Assembly: GCA_009777255.1 (NCBI GenBank)
Contig: WRMG01000002.1
Coordinates: 2,105 to 66,104 of the forward strand
Direction of reading: 5' to 3'
Source of the DNA: Oscillospiraceae bacterium
GTDB taxonomy: Bacteria > Bacillota > Clostridia > Oscillospirales > UBA929
DNA: 64,000 bases
In this document: positions 10,649 through 20,570 of the stretch, piece after piece
How positions within the stretch are numbered: position 1 is the first letter of the stretch
Layout of the letters: the number at the start of each line of letters is the position of its first letter
Translations under genes and position numbers: made by a program
Notes under the pieces: generated by a model
Seen by the model: only the letters and a program-made list of their open reading frames with translations
What the model was told of the DNA's origin: nothing
Databases searched by the model: none

Positions 10649-10885
10649 ATGAAGGTATTCGATATACAGCTCGCGTCCATAAACGACGTGAAGGCGTTTG
10701 TGAACGCCGCGTGCTTGCAGCCGTTTGACATTGATATAGTGTCGGGGCGCTATGTGATTGACGCGAAATCAATTATGGGTATATTCAGCGTGGACCTGTC
10801 AAAGCCCATACGCGTGGAGATTCACGGCACCGAGGAGGACGGCATGGAGTTCTATAACGCCGTCAAGAATTTTATCGTAGAGTAA
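10649..10885 (+). CDS. HPr-like small protein
   Basis: A 78-aa ORF starting at an ATG preceded by AGAGAGG. It has an HPr-fold-like sequence (DAKSIMGIFSVDLSKPIRVEIHG). The longer ORF in the track is antisense to mtaB. Confidence 0.65.
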   Translation: MKVFDIQLASINDVKAFVNAACLQPFDIDIVSGRYVIDAKSIMGIFSVDLSKPIRVEIHGTEEDGMEFYNAVKNFIVE

Positions 10886-10949
10886 AGCGCACAGTAATAT
10901 TTAGCGGCGGTTTGTCATAATCATGTCCTAAGAAGAGGAGGTACAGGTT

Positions 10950-12176
10950 ATGATACGATCGGCCGCTGTTTTTTTGGCGCTGCTGCTTTTGCTCTCATCC
11001 GGCGCGGCGGCGCTTACCGTACAGGATCGCTATGATCTGCTGGAGGCGTTCCCCGAGCTGGAGGTATTCGACGACACGCCGTTTGACGGGGATTTGCCGG
11101 CCGCGGGCCTTAGCGCGCCCGACCTCGGCGTTCCCAGCGCGATACTGATTGAGAAAGAGACGGGGAATATACTGTTCGCGCTTAATGAGCGCGAAGCGCG
11201 CCCGCCTGCCAGCGTTACAAAGGTTATGACGATGCTTATTGTCATGGACGCGCTGGACGGCGGGATAATAAAACTTGAGGATAAGGTTCCCGTGTCGGCC
11301 TTCGCGCAGAATATGGGCGGTTCGCAGGTTTACATGCACGAGGGCGAGGAGTATACGGTAAAGGATATGCTGAAAGCCATTGTCATCGCGTCGGGCAACG
11401 ACGCCAGCGTCGCCATGGCCGAATATCTGGCGGGGAGCGAGGAGACGTTTGTAGGGCGCATGAACGAGCGCGCCGCCGAGCTGGGTATGACCGACACCGT
11501 TTTCAAGAATTGCAGCGGGCTTCCCGAGGACGGTCACGTCACCTCCGCCCGCGATATAGCGCTTATGTCGCGTGAGCTGCTGTTAAAGCATCCGTCCATA
11601 CGGGACTATACCACCATATGGATGGACAGTCTGCGCGACGGTACCTTTACGCTGTCCAACACCAACAGGCTCGTCCGTTTTTATCAGGGGGCGACGGGGC
11701 TGAAAACCGGCTCGACAAGCCTGGCTAAATTCTGTCTTTCGGCGAGCGCCGAGCGCGACGGCATGGAGCTTGTCGCCGTAATAATGGCGGCGGACTCCAG
11801 CGATATACGCTTTGCCGCCGCGCGAAAGCTCTTGGATTTCGGGTTTGCCAATTACCAGCTGGTGTCCGCCTATCCCGACGAGGTGCCTAAGCCCGTGCCT
11901 GTTGAGCTGGGCATAAGCCCCGAGGTCGTCCCCGAGGTTGCGGCGGGCTCAAGGCTCCTTGTTGAAAAGCGCCAGGTCAGGGACCTGGAAAAGATCGTCA
12001 CGCTGGCGGAGAGCTTGAAAGCGCCTGTACAGAAAGGTCAGAAGCTGGGCGAGATCACCGTGAAATACGACGGTCAGGTGCTGGCGTCGATACCGATAAC
12101 GGCCGCGGACGATGTGCCGAGGCTGACATTCTGGCAGATATTCAAGCGGATGCTGGGGATGTTTTTAATGAGGTAA
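10950..12176 (+). CDS. D-alanyl-D-alanine carboxypeptidase (S11 PBP)
   Basis: Signal peptide plus the SxxK (SVTKVMT), SGN and KTG motifs. Confidence 0.85.
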   Translation: MIRSAAVFLALLLLLSSGAAALTVQDRYDLLEAFPELEVFDDTPFDGDLPAAGLSAPDLGVPSAILIEKETGNILFALNEREARPPASVTKVMTMLIVMDALDGGIIKLEDKVPVSAFAQNMGGSQVYMHEGEEYTVKDMLKAIVIASGNDASVAMAEYLAGSEETFVGRMNERAAELGMTDTVFKNCSGLPEDGHVTSARDIALMSRELLLKHPSIRDYTTIWMDSLRDGTFTLSNTNRLVRFYQGATGLKTGSTSLAKFCLSASAERDGMELVAVIMAADSSDIRFAAARKLLDFGFANYQLVSAYPDEVPKPVPVELGISPEVVPEVAAGSRLLVEKRQVRDLEKIVTLAESLKAPVQKGQKLGEITVKYDGQVLASIPITAADDVPRLTFWQIFKRMLGMFLMR

Positions 12177-12195
12177 ATCTCCCGCCGGTTGTGGC

Positions 12196-12220
12196 GCACC
12201 CTCTTCCCGAAAGAGGGTGC
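12196..12220. terminator. Bidirectional hairpin between convergent genes
   Basis: Perfect 10-bp stem gcaccctctt / aagagggtgc with a 5-nt loop. Confidence 0.6.
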
Positions 12221-12231
12221 AAGAATTTCCT

Positions 12232-12807
12232 TTAGAGTTTCTTTATAGGCAAGGCTCTGACAATTACAGGGGTCAAAATGCCCGCCGCTATCGCTTCGGC
12301 TACACCGTTCGTACCGACGACACCTAATATAGCGGGAAGTAATTCTTCAGCCGCCATGCCGTAAAACTCGGCATACGGGACTTTGTACAGCAGATATATG
12401 GTTCCCAGTACAAAAACCGTGTTTACAAACGAACCTGCAACTCCGCATATCGCCGCCCCCGCCATAGGCGGGGTTTTTATTTTTTTCAGAAACGCAAACA
12501 GATAACCGGCCGCCAACCCCACCAATACGCGCGGCAGCACCGATACGAGCGGGTTAGTGAACACTATCGGGTCGATAGGCGATGTCGGTAAAACAAACGC
12601 CCTAAACAGGCATACAACGCCCCAGACTCCGCCCAGAACCGCGCCGTGCAGTCCTCCCAGCGCGACCGCGCCGATGATCACGGTTATTTGAATAATCGTC
12701 GGGTTGAACGGCTGTATGGGTATGTACCCCAAAAACGGCACAAAATTTTGCACGACTATAATAGCCGACAAAATACCCATGAGCGCCAACCGATAATTCT
12801 TTTTCAT
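12232..12807 (-). CDS. ECF transporter S component
   Basis: 191 aa with six TM segments and a Gly-rich helix pattern typical of ECF S units. ATGA overlap with the mfd stop. Confidence 0.65.
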   Translation of the reverse strand: MKKNYRLALMGILSAIIVVQNFVPFLGYIPIQPFNPTIIQITVIIGAVALGGLHGAVLGGVWGVVCLFRAFVLPTSPIDPIVFTNPLVSVLPRVLVGLAAGYLFAFLKKIKTPPMAGAAICGVAGSFVNTVFVLGTIYLLYKVPYAEFYGMAAEELLPAILGVVGTNGVAEAIAAGILTPVIVRALPIKKL

Positions 12808-15800
12808 ACAATTTCTCCTTTCGCTGTCTCAAATTTACTGATAAACTCCCTCGCCTCCCTGACGGGGCTGACCCCTCCGGCAAGCCTCAGCGTGATGCCG
12901 GGTTCGCTGCCCGCCGAAAACAGGATTTTCCCCTTGTATTGCGGCAGAGCGCATAGAGATGATACCACGGCAAATTCAGGTTTGTCAAGTTTGAAATACA
13001 CCCTGCCCGCCTTTTGGGTGATCTCCGGTATGCCCAAAGCGCCCGCTTTCGCGCGCAGCAGCGCTATCTGCACCAGCGTATCCACCGGCTTAGGGACATC
13101 GCCGAATCTGTCGATAAGCTCCTCCAGCACATCCGCGGCGTCCCCGTCGTTCCTCACGGCGGCGATGCGGCGGTAATAGTCCATGCGTATCCCCGACGAC
13201 GCGACGTATCTTTCGGGTATCTCGGCGGGGACGGATAGCTCCACCGTGCAGTCGCCGATTTGAGCCACGGTTTCGCCGCGCTCCTCCAAAACAGCCTCCT
13301 CGAGCAGCCGCAGATACATGTCGTAACCCACGCTTAGCATCTGCCCCGACTGCTCGGCGCCCAGAATGTTGCCCGCGCCGCGTATCTCAAGGTCGCGCAT
13401 GGCTATCTTGAACCCCGAGCCAAACTCGGCGAACTCGCGTATGGCGGCGAGCCGTTTTGCTGCGACCTCGGTTAGTACCTTGCCCTGCCTGTATGTCAGG
13501 TAGGCGTAGGCATGGCGCGGGCTTCGCCCGACGCGCCCGCGCAGCTGGTGCAGCTGCGAAAGCCCCAGCTTGTCGGCGTCCTCGACTATAAGCGTGTTGA
13601 CGTTGGGTATGTCTATGCCCGTTTCGATTATTGTTGTGCAGACAAGCACCTGAAGCTCGCCGTCGGTCATCTCGCGCATGACCTCGGCGAGCAGGTCCTC
13701 GCTCATCTGCCCGTGCGCCGCCGCGACGCTGACGTCCGGCAGAGCCTCCTGTATCCTCGCCGTTACGCGGTCGATCGTGTCCACGCGGTTGTGAAGATAA
13801 TACACCTGGCCGCCGCGGCCCACCTCGCGCCTTATCGCGTCGAGCAGTATGCTCCAGTTGTGTTCCAGCACGAATGTCTGCACCGGCGAGCGGTCGCGCG
13901 GGGCCTCCTCTATCGTTGACATGTCGCGTATGCCCGACATGGCCATGTTCAAGGTGCGCGGGATAGGCGTGGCGGTGAGGGTCAGCACGTCTATCCGGCG
14001 CGCCAGCTCTTTCAGGCGCTCCTTGTGCGACACCCCGAAGCGCTGTTCCTCATCCACAACCAGAAGCCCGAGGTCGCTGAACCTCACGTCCTTTTGCAGC
14101 AGCTTGTGCGTGCCGATAATCAAATCAACGCCGCCGGATTGCAGGCGCTTTAATGTCTCCTTTATCTGCTTAGGCGTCCTGAGCCGCGAAAGGACGTCCA
14201 CGCGCACGGGATAGCGGTCGAACCGGCGCATGGCGGTTATATAGTGCTGTTGGGCCAAAACCGTTGTGGGGACAAGCATCGCCGCCTGTTTGCCGCCCAG
14301 CACACATTTCATCACCGCGCGAAGCGCGACCTCGGTTTTACCGAAGCCCACGTCACCGCAGAGCAGCCTGTCCATGGGGAAAGGGCGCTCCATGTCGGCT
14401 TTTATCTCGGCGGTGCAGGTCAGCTGGTCTTCCGTTTCGGCGTATGGGAACGCCTCCTCAAAGCCGCGCTGCCACGCGTCGTCCGACGGGAACTTGAATC
14501 CCGGGCGGCGGGAGCGCTCGGCATAGAGCGCGATAAGCCCCTTTGCCAAATCCTTGGCGTATGACTTCGCGCGGTTTTTCGCGCGCTGCCAGTCCTGAGT
14601 GTTGAGCTTGTTGAGCTTGACGGGCGCCTCGTCGCCGGCGCCGATGTATTTAGAAACAAGATTCAGCTTTGTGACCGGCACGTACAGTATGTCGGTGCCG
14701 GCGTAGCTGAGCTTGACATAATCGCGCGGCACGCCGTCCGTCTCTATCTTGACCATGCCCTCGAACCGCCCGATGCCGTGGAAGTCGTGGACGACCAGGT
14801 CGCCCGTTTTCAAATCGGCGTAAGAGCTGATACGTGAGCGGTTGTCCTTCTTCGCGCCCCTCTCGCGTTTCCTGCGCGAGAGTCCCGCGAACTGGCCTTC
14901 CGAGATGACGGCCAGCCTAAGCGCGGGGTATTCCATGCCCGCCGACAGCTGTCCGCGTGAAATGACTATTTTGCCGTCCTTCGGTATCTCCGCGGGCAGA
15001 TTGTCGATCGACGCGGGCAGTCCCCTCTCGTCCAGTATCTCCCGGAGGCGCCTGCCGCGCTCGTCGTCGGGGCAAAGCACTATAACGCCGCAGCCCTGAT
15101 TATGGTAGTGCGCTATGTCGCCGATGGCGGTTTCAAGGCTCCCGCCGTATGACGGCAGCTGCTTTGCCGTCAGCCCGAACATGGCGCGGGGGCGTATTTT
15201 GTGGCTTGACGGCGTAAACGCGTCGAGCTGAAGCGTCTGCCGCTCCGAGAGCGCCCTGTAGAAATCCACGTCGTCAAGCAGCCAGTTAAACGGCGGCTTT
15301 TTCCCGCTCTCCAGCAGGGTTTCGATGTCCTGCGCGTACTGCCACATGGTATTCTCTATGCGCTGATTCAGGCGCGACTGTTCGCTGAGCGCGATTATCG
15401 CGCCGGAGCGGATATAATCCAGTATCGCCGCGAATTTTTCCGGCGCCTGATTGCCCGGGAACTCCATCGCCGGCAATATCTGCGCCTCGCGGACGGGCGA
15501 GAGCCGCCGCTGGGTGCCGGTGTCGAACGCGGAGAGCGTGTCAATCTCGTCGCCGTAATATTCTATTCTGTAAGGGAATTCCGCACCCGGCGGGTAAAAA
15601 TCAATTATACCGCCGCGCGATGAGAACTGCGCCGCCGAATCGACGGAGTGTACCCGCGTATACCCCGCGTCCGTGAGGGTTTGTATCAGGCTGTCGGGCG
15701 GCAGCGTCTGCCCCGCGCGCACGCTCAGCGCTCTGCTCAGAAGCTCCTCCGGCGGCAGCGCGCGCTGCATGACCGAATCCGCGGTCGCCGCCGCGACGCC

Positions 15801-16142
15801 GGTGAAGCCGGCCGCCAGCTGATATAAAGCCGCAATACGGTTATGCTCCCACTCGCGGCTCGACGCGCTGAAGTCGTGGAACGCAAATTCCCTCGCGGGG
15901 ATATTAAGGCAGTCCTCGCCGCAAAGCGCCGACACGTCGGCCGCAAGGCGCGCCGCCTCGGCCTCGTCAGGCGTTATAATGAGCATCGGCTTGTTCGTAT
16001 AGCGGCGTATCGACGCGAGCAGATGCGCCTTATGGGCATGAGAAAGCCCGCTGACGGCGGCGGGAAGCCCCCCCTCCGCGGCCAGCGGAAACAGCTTTTC
16101 TATTTCATGGATTTCCGTTAATGCTTTGCATAACGCAAGCAA
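12804..16142 (-). CDS. mfd: Transcription-repair coupling factor
   Basis: 1112 aa with a UvrB-homology N-terminus, a CarD-like domain, DEAD/H helicase motifs (GDVGFGKTEVA, VVDEEQRFG) and a TRG motif region. Confidence 0.95.
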   Translation of the reverse strand: MLALCKALTEIHEIEKLFPLAAEGGLPAAVSGLSHAHKAHLLASIRRYTNKPMLIITPDEAEAARLAADVSALCGEDCLNIPAREFAFHDFSASSREWEHNRIAALYQLAAGFTGVAAATADSVMQRALPPEELLSRALSVRAGQTLPPDSLIQTLTDAGYTRVHSVDSAAQFSSRGGIIDFYPPGAEFPYRIEYYGDEIDTLSAFDTGTQRRLSPVREAQILPAMEFPGNQAPEKFAAILDYIRSGAIIALSEQSRLNQRIENTMWQYAQDIETLLESGKKPPFNWLLDDVDFYRALSERQTLQLDAFTPSSHKIRPRAMFGLTAKQLPSYGGSLETAIGDIAHYHNQGCGVIVLCPDDERGRRLREILDERGLPASIDNLPAEIPKDGKIVISRGQLSAGMEYPALRLAVISEGQFAGLSRRKRERGAKKDNRSRISSYADLKTGDLVVHDFHGIGRFEGMVKIETDGVPRDYVKLSYAGTDILYVPVTKLNLVSKYIGAGDEAPVKLNKLNTQDWQRAKNRAKSYAKDLAKGLIALYAERSRRPGFKFPSDDAWQRGFEEAFPYAETEDQLTCTAEIKADMERPFPMDRLLCGDVGFGKTEVALRAVMKCVLGGKQAAMLVPTTVLAQQHYITAMRRFDRYPVRVDVLSRLRTPKQIKETLKRLQSGGVDLIIGTHKLLQKDVRFSDLGLLVVDEEQRFGVSHKERLKELARRIDVLTLTATPIPRTLNMAMSGIRDMSTIEEAPRDRSPVQTFVLEHNWSILLDAIRREVGRGGQVYYLHNRVDTIDRVTARIQEALPDVSVAAAHGQMSEDLLAEVMREMTDGELQVLVCTTIIETGIDIPNVNTLIVEDADKLGLSQLHQLRGRVGRSPRHAYAYLTYRQGKVLTEVAAKRLAAIREFAEFGSGFKIAMRDLEIRGAGNILGAEQSGQMLSVGYDMYLRLLEEAVLEERGETVAQIGDCTVELSVPAEIPERYVASSGIRMDYYRRIAAVRNDGDAADVLEELIDRFGDVPKPVDTLVQIALLRAKAGALGIPEITQKAGRVYFKLDKPEFAVVSSLCALPQYKGKILFSAGSEPGITLRLAGGVSPVREAREFISKFETAKGEIV

Positions 16143-16695
16143 TAGACAACCCCCCTGTGATCATTTCCGCGGCGCTCACGGCCTTATCCACCGCCGCCGC
16201 CATCGCCGGTTTTTCGTCGGGCGAAAAGCCGGACAGCACCCAGTCCGCCATATCATAACCGGCATGAGGGGGTGCGCCTATGCCGAGCCTTATTCGCGGG
16301 AACATATCGGAGTTCAGCTGATAGATAATATCCTTCATGCCGTTATGGCCGCCGTCGCTCCCGCCCGGGCGCACACGCACCTTCCCCGCCGGAAGCGCGG
16401 CGTCGTCATAGATAACGGCAAGCCTATCCGGCGTGAGCCTGTAATAATCCAGACAGGCGCGCACCGCCCTGCCCGACAGATTCATAAATGTCTGGGGCTT
16501 CAGCAGTATGATACGGCGGCCGCCGATGTTCCCCTCGCCGTAAAGCGACTGGAACCTGAGCTTCTTCACCTTGATATTATACTTCGCCGACAGCGCGTCT
16601 ATTACCGCAAATCCCATATTATGGCGCGTGCCGTCATAACGGGGCCCGGGATTGCCCAGCCCCGCCAGTATATACCCGGGCGGCTTCAGTATCAT
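16105..16695 (-). CDS. pth: Peptidyl-tRNA hydrolase
   Basis: GLGNPGPRYDGTRHNMGF signature. Confidence 0.95.
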   Translation of the reverse strand: MILKPPGYILAGLGNPGPRYDGTRHNMGFAVIDALSAKYNIKVKKLRFQSLYGEGNIGGRRIILLKPQTFMNLSGRAVRACLDYYRLTPDRLAVIYDDAALPAGKVRVRPGGSDGGHNGMKDIIYQLNSDMFPRIRLGIGAPPHAGYDMADWVLSGFSPDEKPAMAAAVDKAVSAAEMITGGLSIACVMQSINGNP

Positions 16696-17648
16696 TGGAA
16701 CAAATCAGATATGGATATTTCGTCGTAGACCCTCTCGATGGCCTCGGCAAACACGGGTGCGACGGGCAGAACCGTGAGCTTGGCAAGCTTCGGGCGCGGC
16801 GCGGGTATGGTATCCAGAACGACCAGTTCCTTGAGCATGCTGTTATCAACGCGCTCGCCGGCCGGCCCCGACATGACCGGATGGGACGCGCAGGCGTATA
16901 CCGCGGTGGCGCCGCCGGTTTCTATAAGCGATTTCGCCGCGCCGACCATACTGCCCGCCGTGTCCACCATGTCGTCGAACAGTATGACGTCCTTGTCCTT
17001 TACGTCGCCGATTATGTTCATGACATCGCTCTGGTTTGCCGCCATGCGGCGCTTGTCAACGATAGCCAGCGGCATACCCATTTTATCCGCGAAATAGCGC
17101 GCGCGCTGCACCGAGCCGATGTCGGGCGACGCCACGACCATGTTATGACGTTCCTCGCCGAATTTCTCAATGAAATACTTGACAAAGATATTCCCGCCGA
17201 CAAGGTTGTCCACCGGAATATTGAAGAACCCCTGAAGCTGCGAGCAGTGCAGATCCATTGTAAGTATGCGGTCGGCGCCCGCCGTGGTGATAAGGTCGGC
17301 GACGAGCTTGCCGGAGATCGGATCGCGCGGCTTGGTCTTGCGGTCCTGGCGCGCGTAGCCGAAATACGGTATTACGGCCGTTATGCGGTACGCTGACGCG
17401 CGCTTGCACGCGTCTATCATGATCAAAAGCTCCATCAGGTTGTCGTTTACGGGCATACATGTCGAGTTACATAGAAACACGTCCGATCCGCGGACGGTTT
17501 CATAAAACGAGACGGATATTTCGCCGTCCGAGAATCTGTCGATCTTGCTGTCGCCCAATTTTATTCCAAGGCAGTCGCATATGGACTGCGCAAGGGCGGG
17601 GTTCGCGTTGCCGGTAAAAATCTTAATCAGTCTGTCATGCGGAATCAT
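16692..17648 (-). CDS. prs: Ribose-phosphate pyrophosphokinase
   Basis: PRPP synthetase blocks (YFGYARQDRK, DLHCSQLQGFF, DDMVDTAGS). Confidence 0.95.
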   Translation of the reverse strand: MIPHDRLIKIFTGNANPALAQSICDCLGIKLGDSKIDRFSDGEISVSFYETVRGSDVFLCNSTCMPVNDNLMELLIMIDACKRASAYRITAVIPYFGYARQDRKTKPRDPISGKLVADLITTAGADRILTMDLHCSQLQGFFNIPVDNLVGGNIFVKYFIEKFGEERHNMVVASPDIGSVQRARYFADKMGMPLAIVDKRRMAANQSDVMNIIGDVKDKDVILFDDMVDTAGSMVGAAKSLIETGGATAVYACASHPVMSGPAGERVDNSMLKELVVLDTIPAPRPKLAKLTVLPVAPVFAEAIERVYDEISISDLFQ

Positions 17649-17664
17649 GCGTCCTCCTCCTGTT

Positions 17665-18816
17665 CTACCAGTTTCTTTCTCTGTCCAGCGCCCAGTCCTC
17701 TTTGTTTATCTGTCTTGAGCGCGCTATCGCCAGCGCGAACGGCGGCACATCGGCGGTAACGGTTGACCCCGCGCTGACGACCGAGCCTTCGCCGACGGTG
17801 ACCGGCGCTATCAGCACGCTGTTGCAGCCGAGGAACGCGTCGTCCCCGATCCGCGTGACATGCTTTGAAACGCCGTCGAAATTTGCCGTAACGCTGCCGC
17901 AGCCGACATTGACATGCCTGCCGACCTCCGCGTCGCCTATATAGCTAAGATGCGCGACGATACTGCCGGCGCCGACCTTAGCGTTTTTAAGTTCCGTAAA
18001 GCTGCCGGCCATCGTTTTGTCGCTTAAATGGCAGCCCGGGCGTATGTGCGCGTACGGCCCGACGCGGACGCCGTTTTCCAGCGTTGAGAGGCTGAGCGTT
18101 GATTTGGTTATCGTGCAGCCCTCGCCGATTTTGCAGCCGTATATATCCGTATCTGGGCCTACGCGGGTTTTGGAGCCTATATTGGTATGCCCCTTCAGCA
18201 CGCTCCCGGGTTCTATAACGGCGCCTTTTTCAATGATTACATTGCCGCCGATGCTGACGGTGCCGGGGTTTTTAATGATTACGCCGTTTTCCACATGCCT
18301 TAGAATAATACTCTCCCGCACATACTCCCTGAGATAATGAAAATCCAGCGGCGTATCGGCGGGCCTTACTCCCCTGACCGGCAGCGGCACAGTCTTCGAT
18401 TCGGCAAAGGACTGCACGGCTTCGCCTTTCAGAACGTATATCTGAAGCGGCCGCCCGTTCTCCATCTGAATATGATAGACGTTATTGTTTGCGCGCGCGA
18501 ACAGGCCCATTATCTCAAGCACAGCCCCTTCGTCGAGGTATGCCGGAGCCTCAAAGATAAACACCATATCATCGGGCCGGACATCGGCAAACGGGTTCTG
18601 CCCCAGATGCGCGACCTTGCCGTCGGGCAGGTTCAGCGTACCGAGCAGCCCCTGTATCTGTTCGGTGGGAGGGCCGGACACAGAAATGCTTACTTCCCCG
18701 AATCTCTCAAAAACGCCCGTCTGCAATTGTATAAGCGATCTGTCCATTATAGTGTCGGACAGGGACACCGTTTTAGGCCAGGCGGGCGTCAGTCTGAAAA
18801 TATAGTGAATCGTCAT
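17665..18816 (-). CDS. GlmU-like protein: intact left-handed beta-helix acetyltransferase half, divergent N-terminal half
   Basis: The C-terminal hexapeptide-repeat region is clearly GlmU-like, and the gene sits in the glmU position upstream of prs-pth-mfd. The start was set to the ATG at 18816, which follows GGAGTGA. No LAAGxGTRM-type nucleotide-binding loop was seen. Confidence 0.65.
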   Translation of the reverse strand: MTIHYIFRLTPAWPKTVSLSDTIMDRSLIQLQTGVFERFGEVSISVSGPPTEQIQGLLGTLNLPDGKVAHLGQNPFADVRPDDMVFIFEAPAYLDEGAVLEIMGLFARANNNVYHIQMENGRPLQIYVLKGEAVQSFAESKTVPLPVRGVRPADTPLDFHYLREYVRESIILRHVENGVIIKNPGTVSIGGNVIIEKGAVIEPGSVLKGHTNIGSKTRVGPDTDIYGCKIGEGCTITKSTLSLSTLENGVRVGPYAHIRPGCHLSDKTMAGSFTELKNAKVGAGSIVAHLSYIGDAEVGRHVNVGCGSVTANFDGVSKHVTRIGDDAFLGCNSVLIAPVTVGEGSVVSAGSTVTADVPPFALAIARSRQINKEDWALDRERNW

Positions 18817-18870
18817 TTCAATCACTCCGATGTATATTGTATCACAGGAGCAAATATTTTGCAAGCACCC

Positions 18871-20442
18871 CTACAGATATTCCAGCGCCTCTTTAATACG
18901 CGCCAGCGCCATGCGGCATTGCCTGTCGGTCAGATCGCGGGCGCGCGCGGTAAACCAGCGGGTCAGCGCCTCGCACAGCATCAAGTCGCCGACAAAGACC
19001 GCCGAGGGCTGCGCCTCCGCGCTTTCCGCCATAAATATGAGGTCCGCGCTCTCCTTAACCGTCAGGTTTATTTTCGGGCAGTCGTCGATGAACACAAGCC
19101 TTAACAGCGGATATGCTTCCATTATCCGCACAAGCTCAGTTAGATACGCGCGCAAAGCCTCGCCGCCCAGCGTAACATCGCGCGGCGTAAGCAGCTCCAC
19201 ACCCGAGAGGCGGCAGGTGCCGTTTATCACCACGGCGTCGATAACGCCTGTGGGCATGATTATTGTCCACGGATAGTTTTCGAGATGCCTCAGCAGCGAT
19301 TCGCGCCGCTTTGCCAATATATCAATATGGGTATCGAGCTTGTCCCCCTTGAGATTCTGCGAGAGCAGGGCATATAGATATGTTTCGGGCATAAATATCG
19401 GATCCGGCGTATTCTTGACGCAGAACAGCGCCCCGGGCTTGTCCTCCAGCACTATAAGCCGCTGCGCCAGCGCGAGCGGCGCCCCCTTGTCATACGCGGC
19501 GGCAAGCGGGCTGCAATTCTCCAGCTGGGAGTTGACCATATTTACAAATGGGATTATATCCCTCGGGTTCTTAAAAGACAGCGTGTTTGTCTGTTCCGCG
19601 TCGAAGTAAGACACGACCGCCGCGTGGCCCGCCAGCACGAACAGCGCCGGCATCGAGGCGTCGGCGCCCTTGCGTCCGTATGAGAAAAAGCGTCCGGTCG
19701 CGTAAAGCGGCATATATGTCGAAAGCAGCGGCGTAAGCGTGCTGCCGTGCGCCGCGGGGTGCAGCATATGTACAGTATGCCCGTTTTTTATTATATGCCT
19801 GAGGCTTTCGTTGTACAGCTTCTCAAATTCCGCGTCGCCGGCCAGCCATTCGCCGTCGGCCGGAGGCATAATGAAAACGTCGCCGGGGTTTCTGCTCAGT
19901 GTGACCGCGTGCATGAAGTTGATTACCGCCTGCCTTAGTCCCGCGACTCCCCCGAACCGCTCGTGGTTGGCGATCATGCCGGGCTGGACGCGCGGATAAA
20001 GGCTGACCGGCCCGGTCGGGACGCGCGCAGACTCCGAGAATATCTTTGTAATTCTGTCGAACATGCCGCTCACCACCGCCGGCACCTCGGGGTCGAGATC
20101 AAGTTTTATTTTCTTTGTGACAACGCCGCCGCTTAGCCAGCTGTGAAGCGCGTCGCTCAGCTCGTCGCGCGATTCGCAGATGATGCCCAGCATGGCGTCC
20201 AGCGTGTCGCGGTCATGCTTCAGCATACCTATACCCGCCAGAAAAACCGCTATATCGCGGTAAGCCGCCGAGCCGCGTTTCGGAACGCGGTTCCCGCTGA
20301 GCCATCGCGACACAAGCGACGCGTCGGCGGAAATGCCGCGCGCCAACGTGACGTTGTTTATGCGGTAAATACTCATCAATGTCTGTAGTTTTTGTGAAAA
20401 ACGCGTAACGCCCACCTTCTTTTCTGTTAAATATCGTATCAT
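18871..20442 (-). CDS. XRE-type HTH regulator with large uncharacterised C-terminal domain
   Basis: N-terminal HTH (INNVTLARGISADASLVSRWLSGNRVP). It is divergent from the surface-protein operon. Confidence 0.5.
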   Translation of the reverse strand: MIRYLTEKKVGVTRFSQKLQTLMSIYRINNVTLARGISADASLVSRWLSGNRVPKRGSAAYRDIAVFLAGIGMLKHDRDTLDAMLGIICESRDELSDALHSWLSGGVVTKKIKLDLDPEVPAVVSGMFDRITKIFSESARVPTGPVSLYPRVQPGMIANHERFGGVAGLRQAVINFMHAVTLSRNPGDVFIMPPADGEWLAGDAEFEKLYNESLRHIIKNGHTVHMLHPAAHGSTLTPLLSTYMPLYATGRFFSYGRKGADASMPALFVLAGHAAVVSYFDAEQTNTLSFKNPRDIIPFVNMVNSQLENCSPLAAAYDKGAPLALAQRLIVLEDKPGALFCVKNTPDPIFMPETYLYALLSQNLKGDKLDTHIDILAKRRESLLRHLENYPWTIIMPTGVIDAVVINGTCRLSGVELLTPRDVTLGGEALRAYLTELVRIMEAYPLLRLVFIDDCPKINLTVKESADLIFMAESAEAQPSAVFVGDLMLCEALTRWFTARARDLTDRQCRMALARIKEALEYL

Positions 20443-20489
20443 GGGTGTTTTTTCCTGTCAAGGACTACTCATTATTTATATTTTTATTA

Positions 20490-20518
20490 TTGCACATTAT
20501 CCGTTTTTTTGATATACT
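20490..20518 (+). promoter_or_regulatory. Putative sigma-A promoter of the vWA/SLH operon
   Basis: TTGCAC, a 17-nt spacer and TATACT. The spacer contains a T7 run. Confidence 0.4.
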
Positions 20519-20570
20519 GTAAATAGGTTATTGTAAACCTGTTTAACATGCGTTTTAGGAGTGGCAATTT

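Noticed and set aside
12177-12883. A possible vitamin riboswitch upstream of the ECF S-component gene
   Set aside because: The gene start overlaps the mfd stop codon (ATGA), so there is no leader in which a riboswitch could reside.
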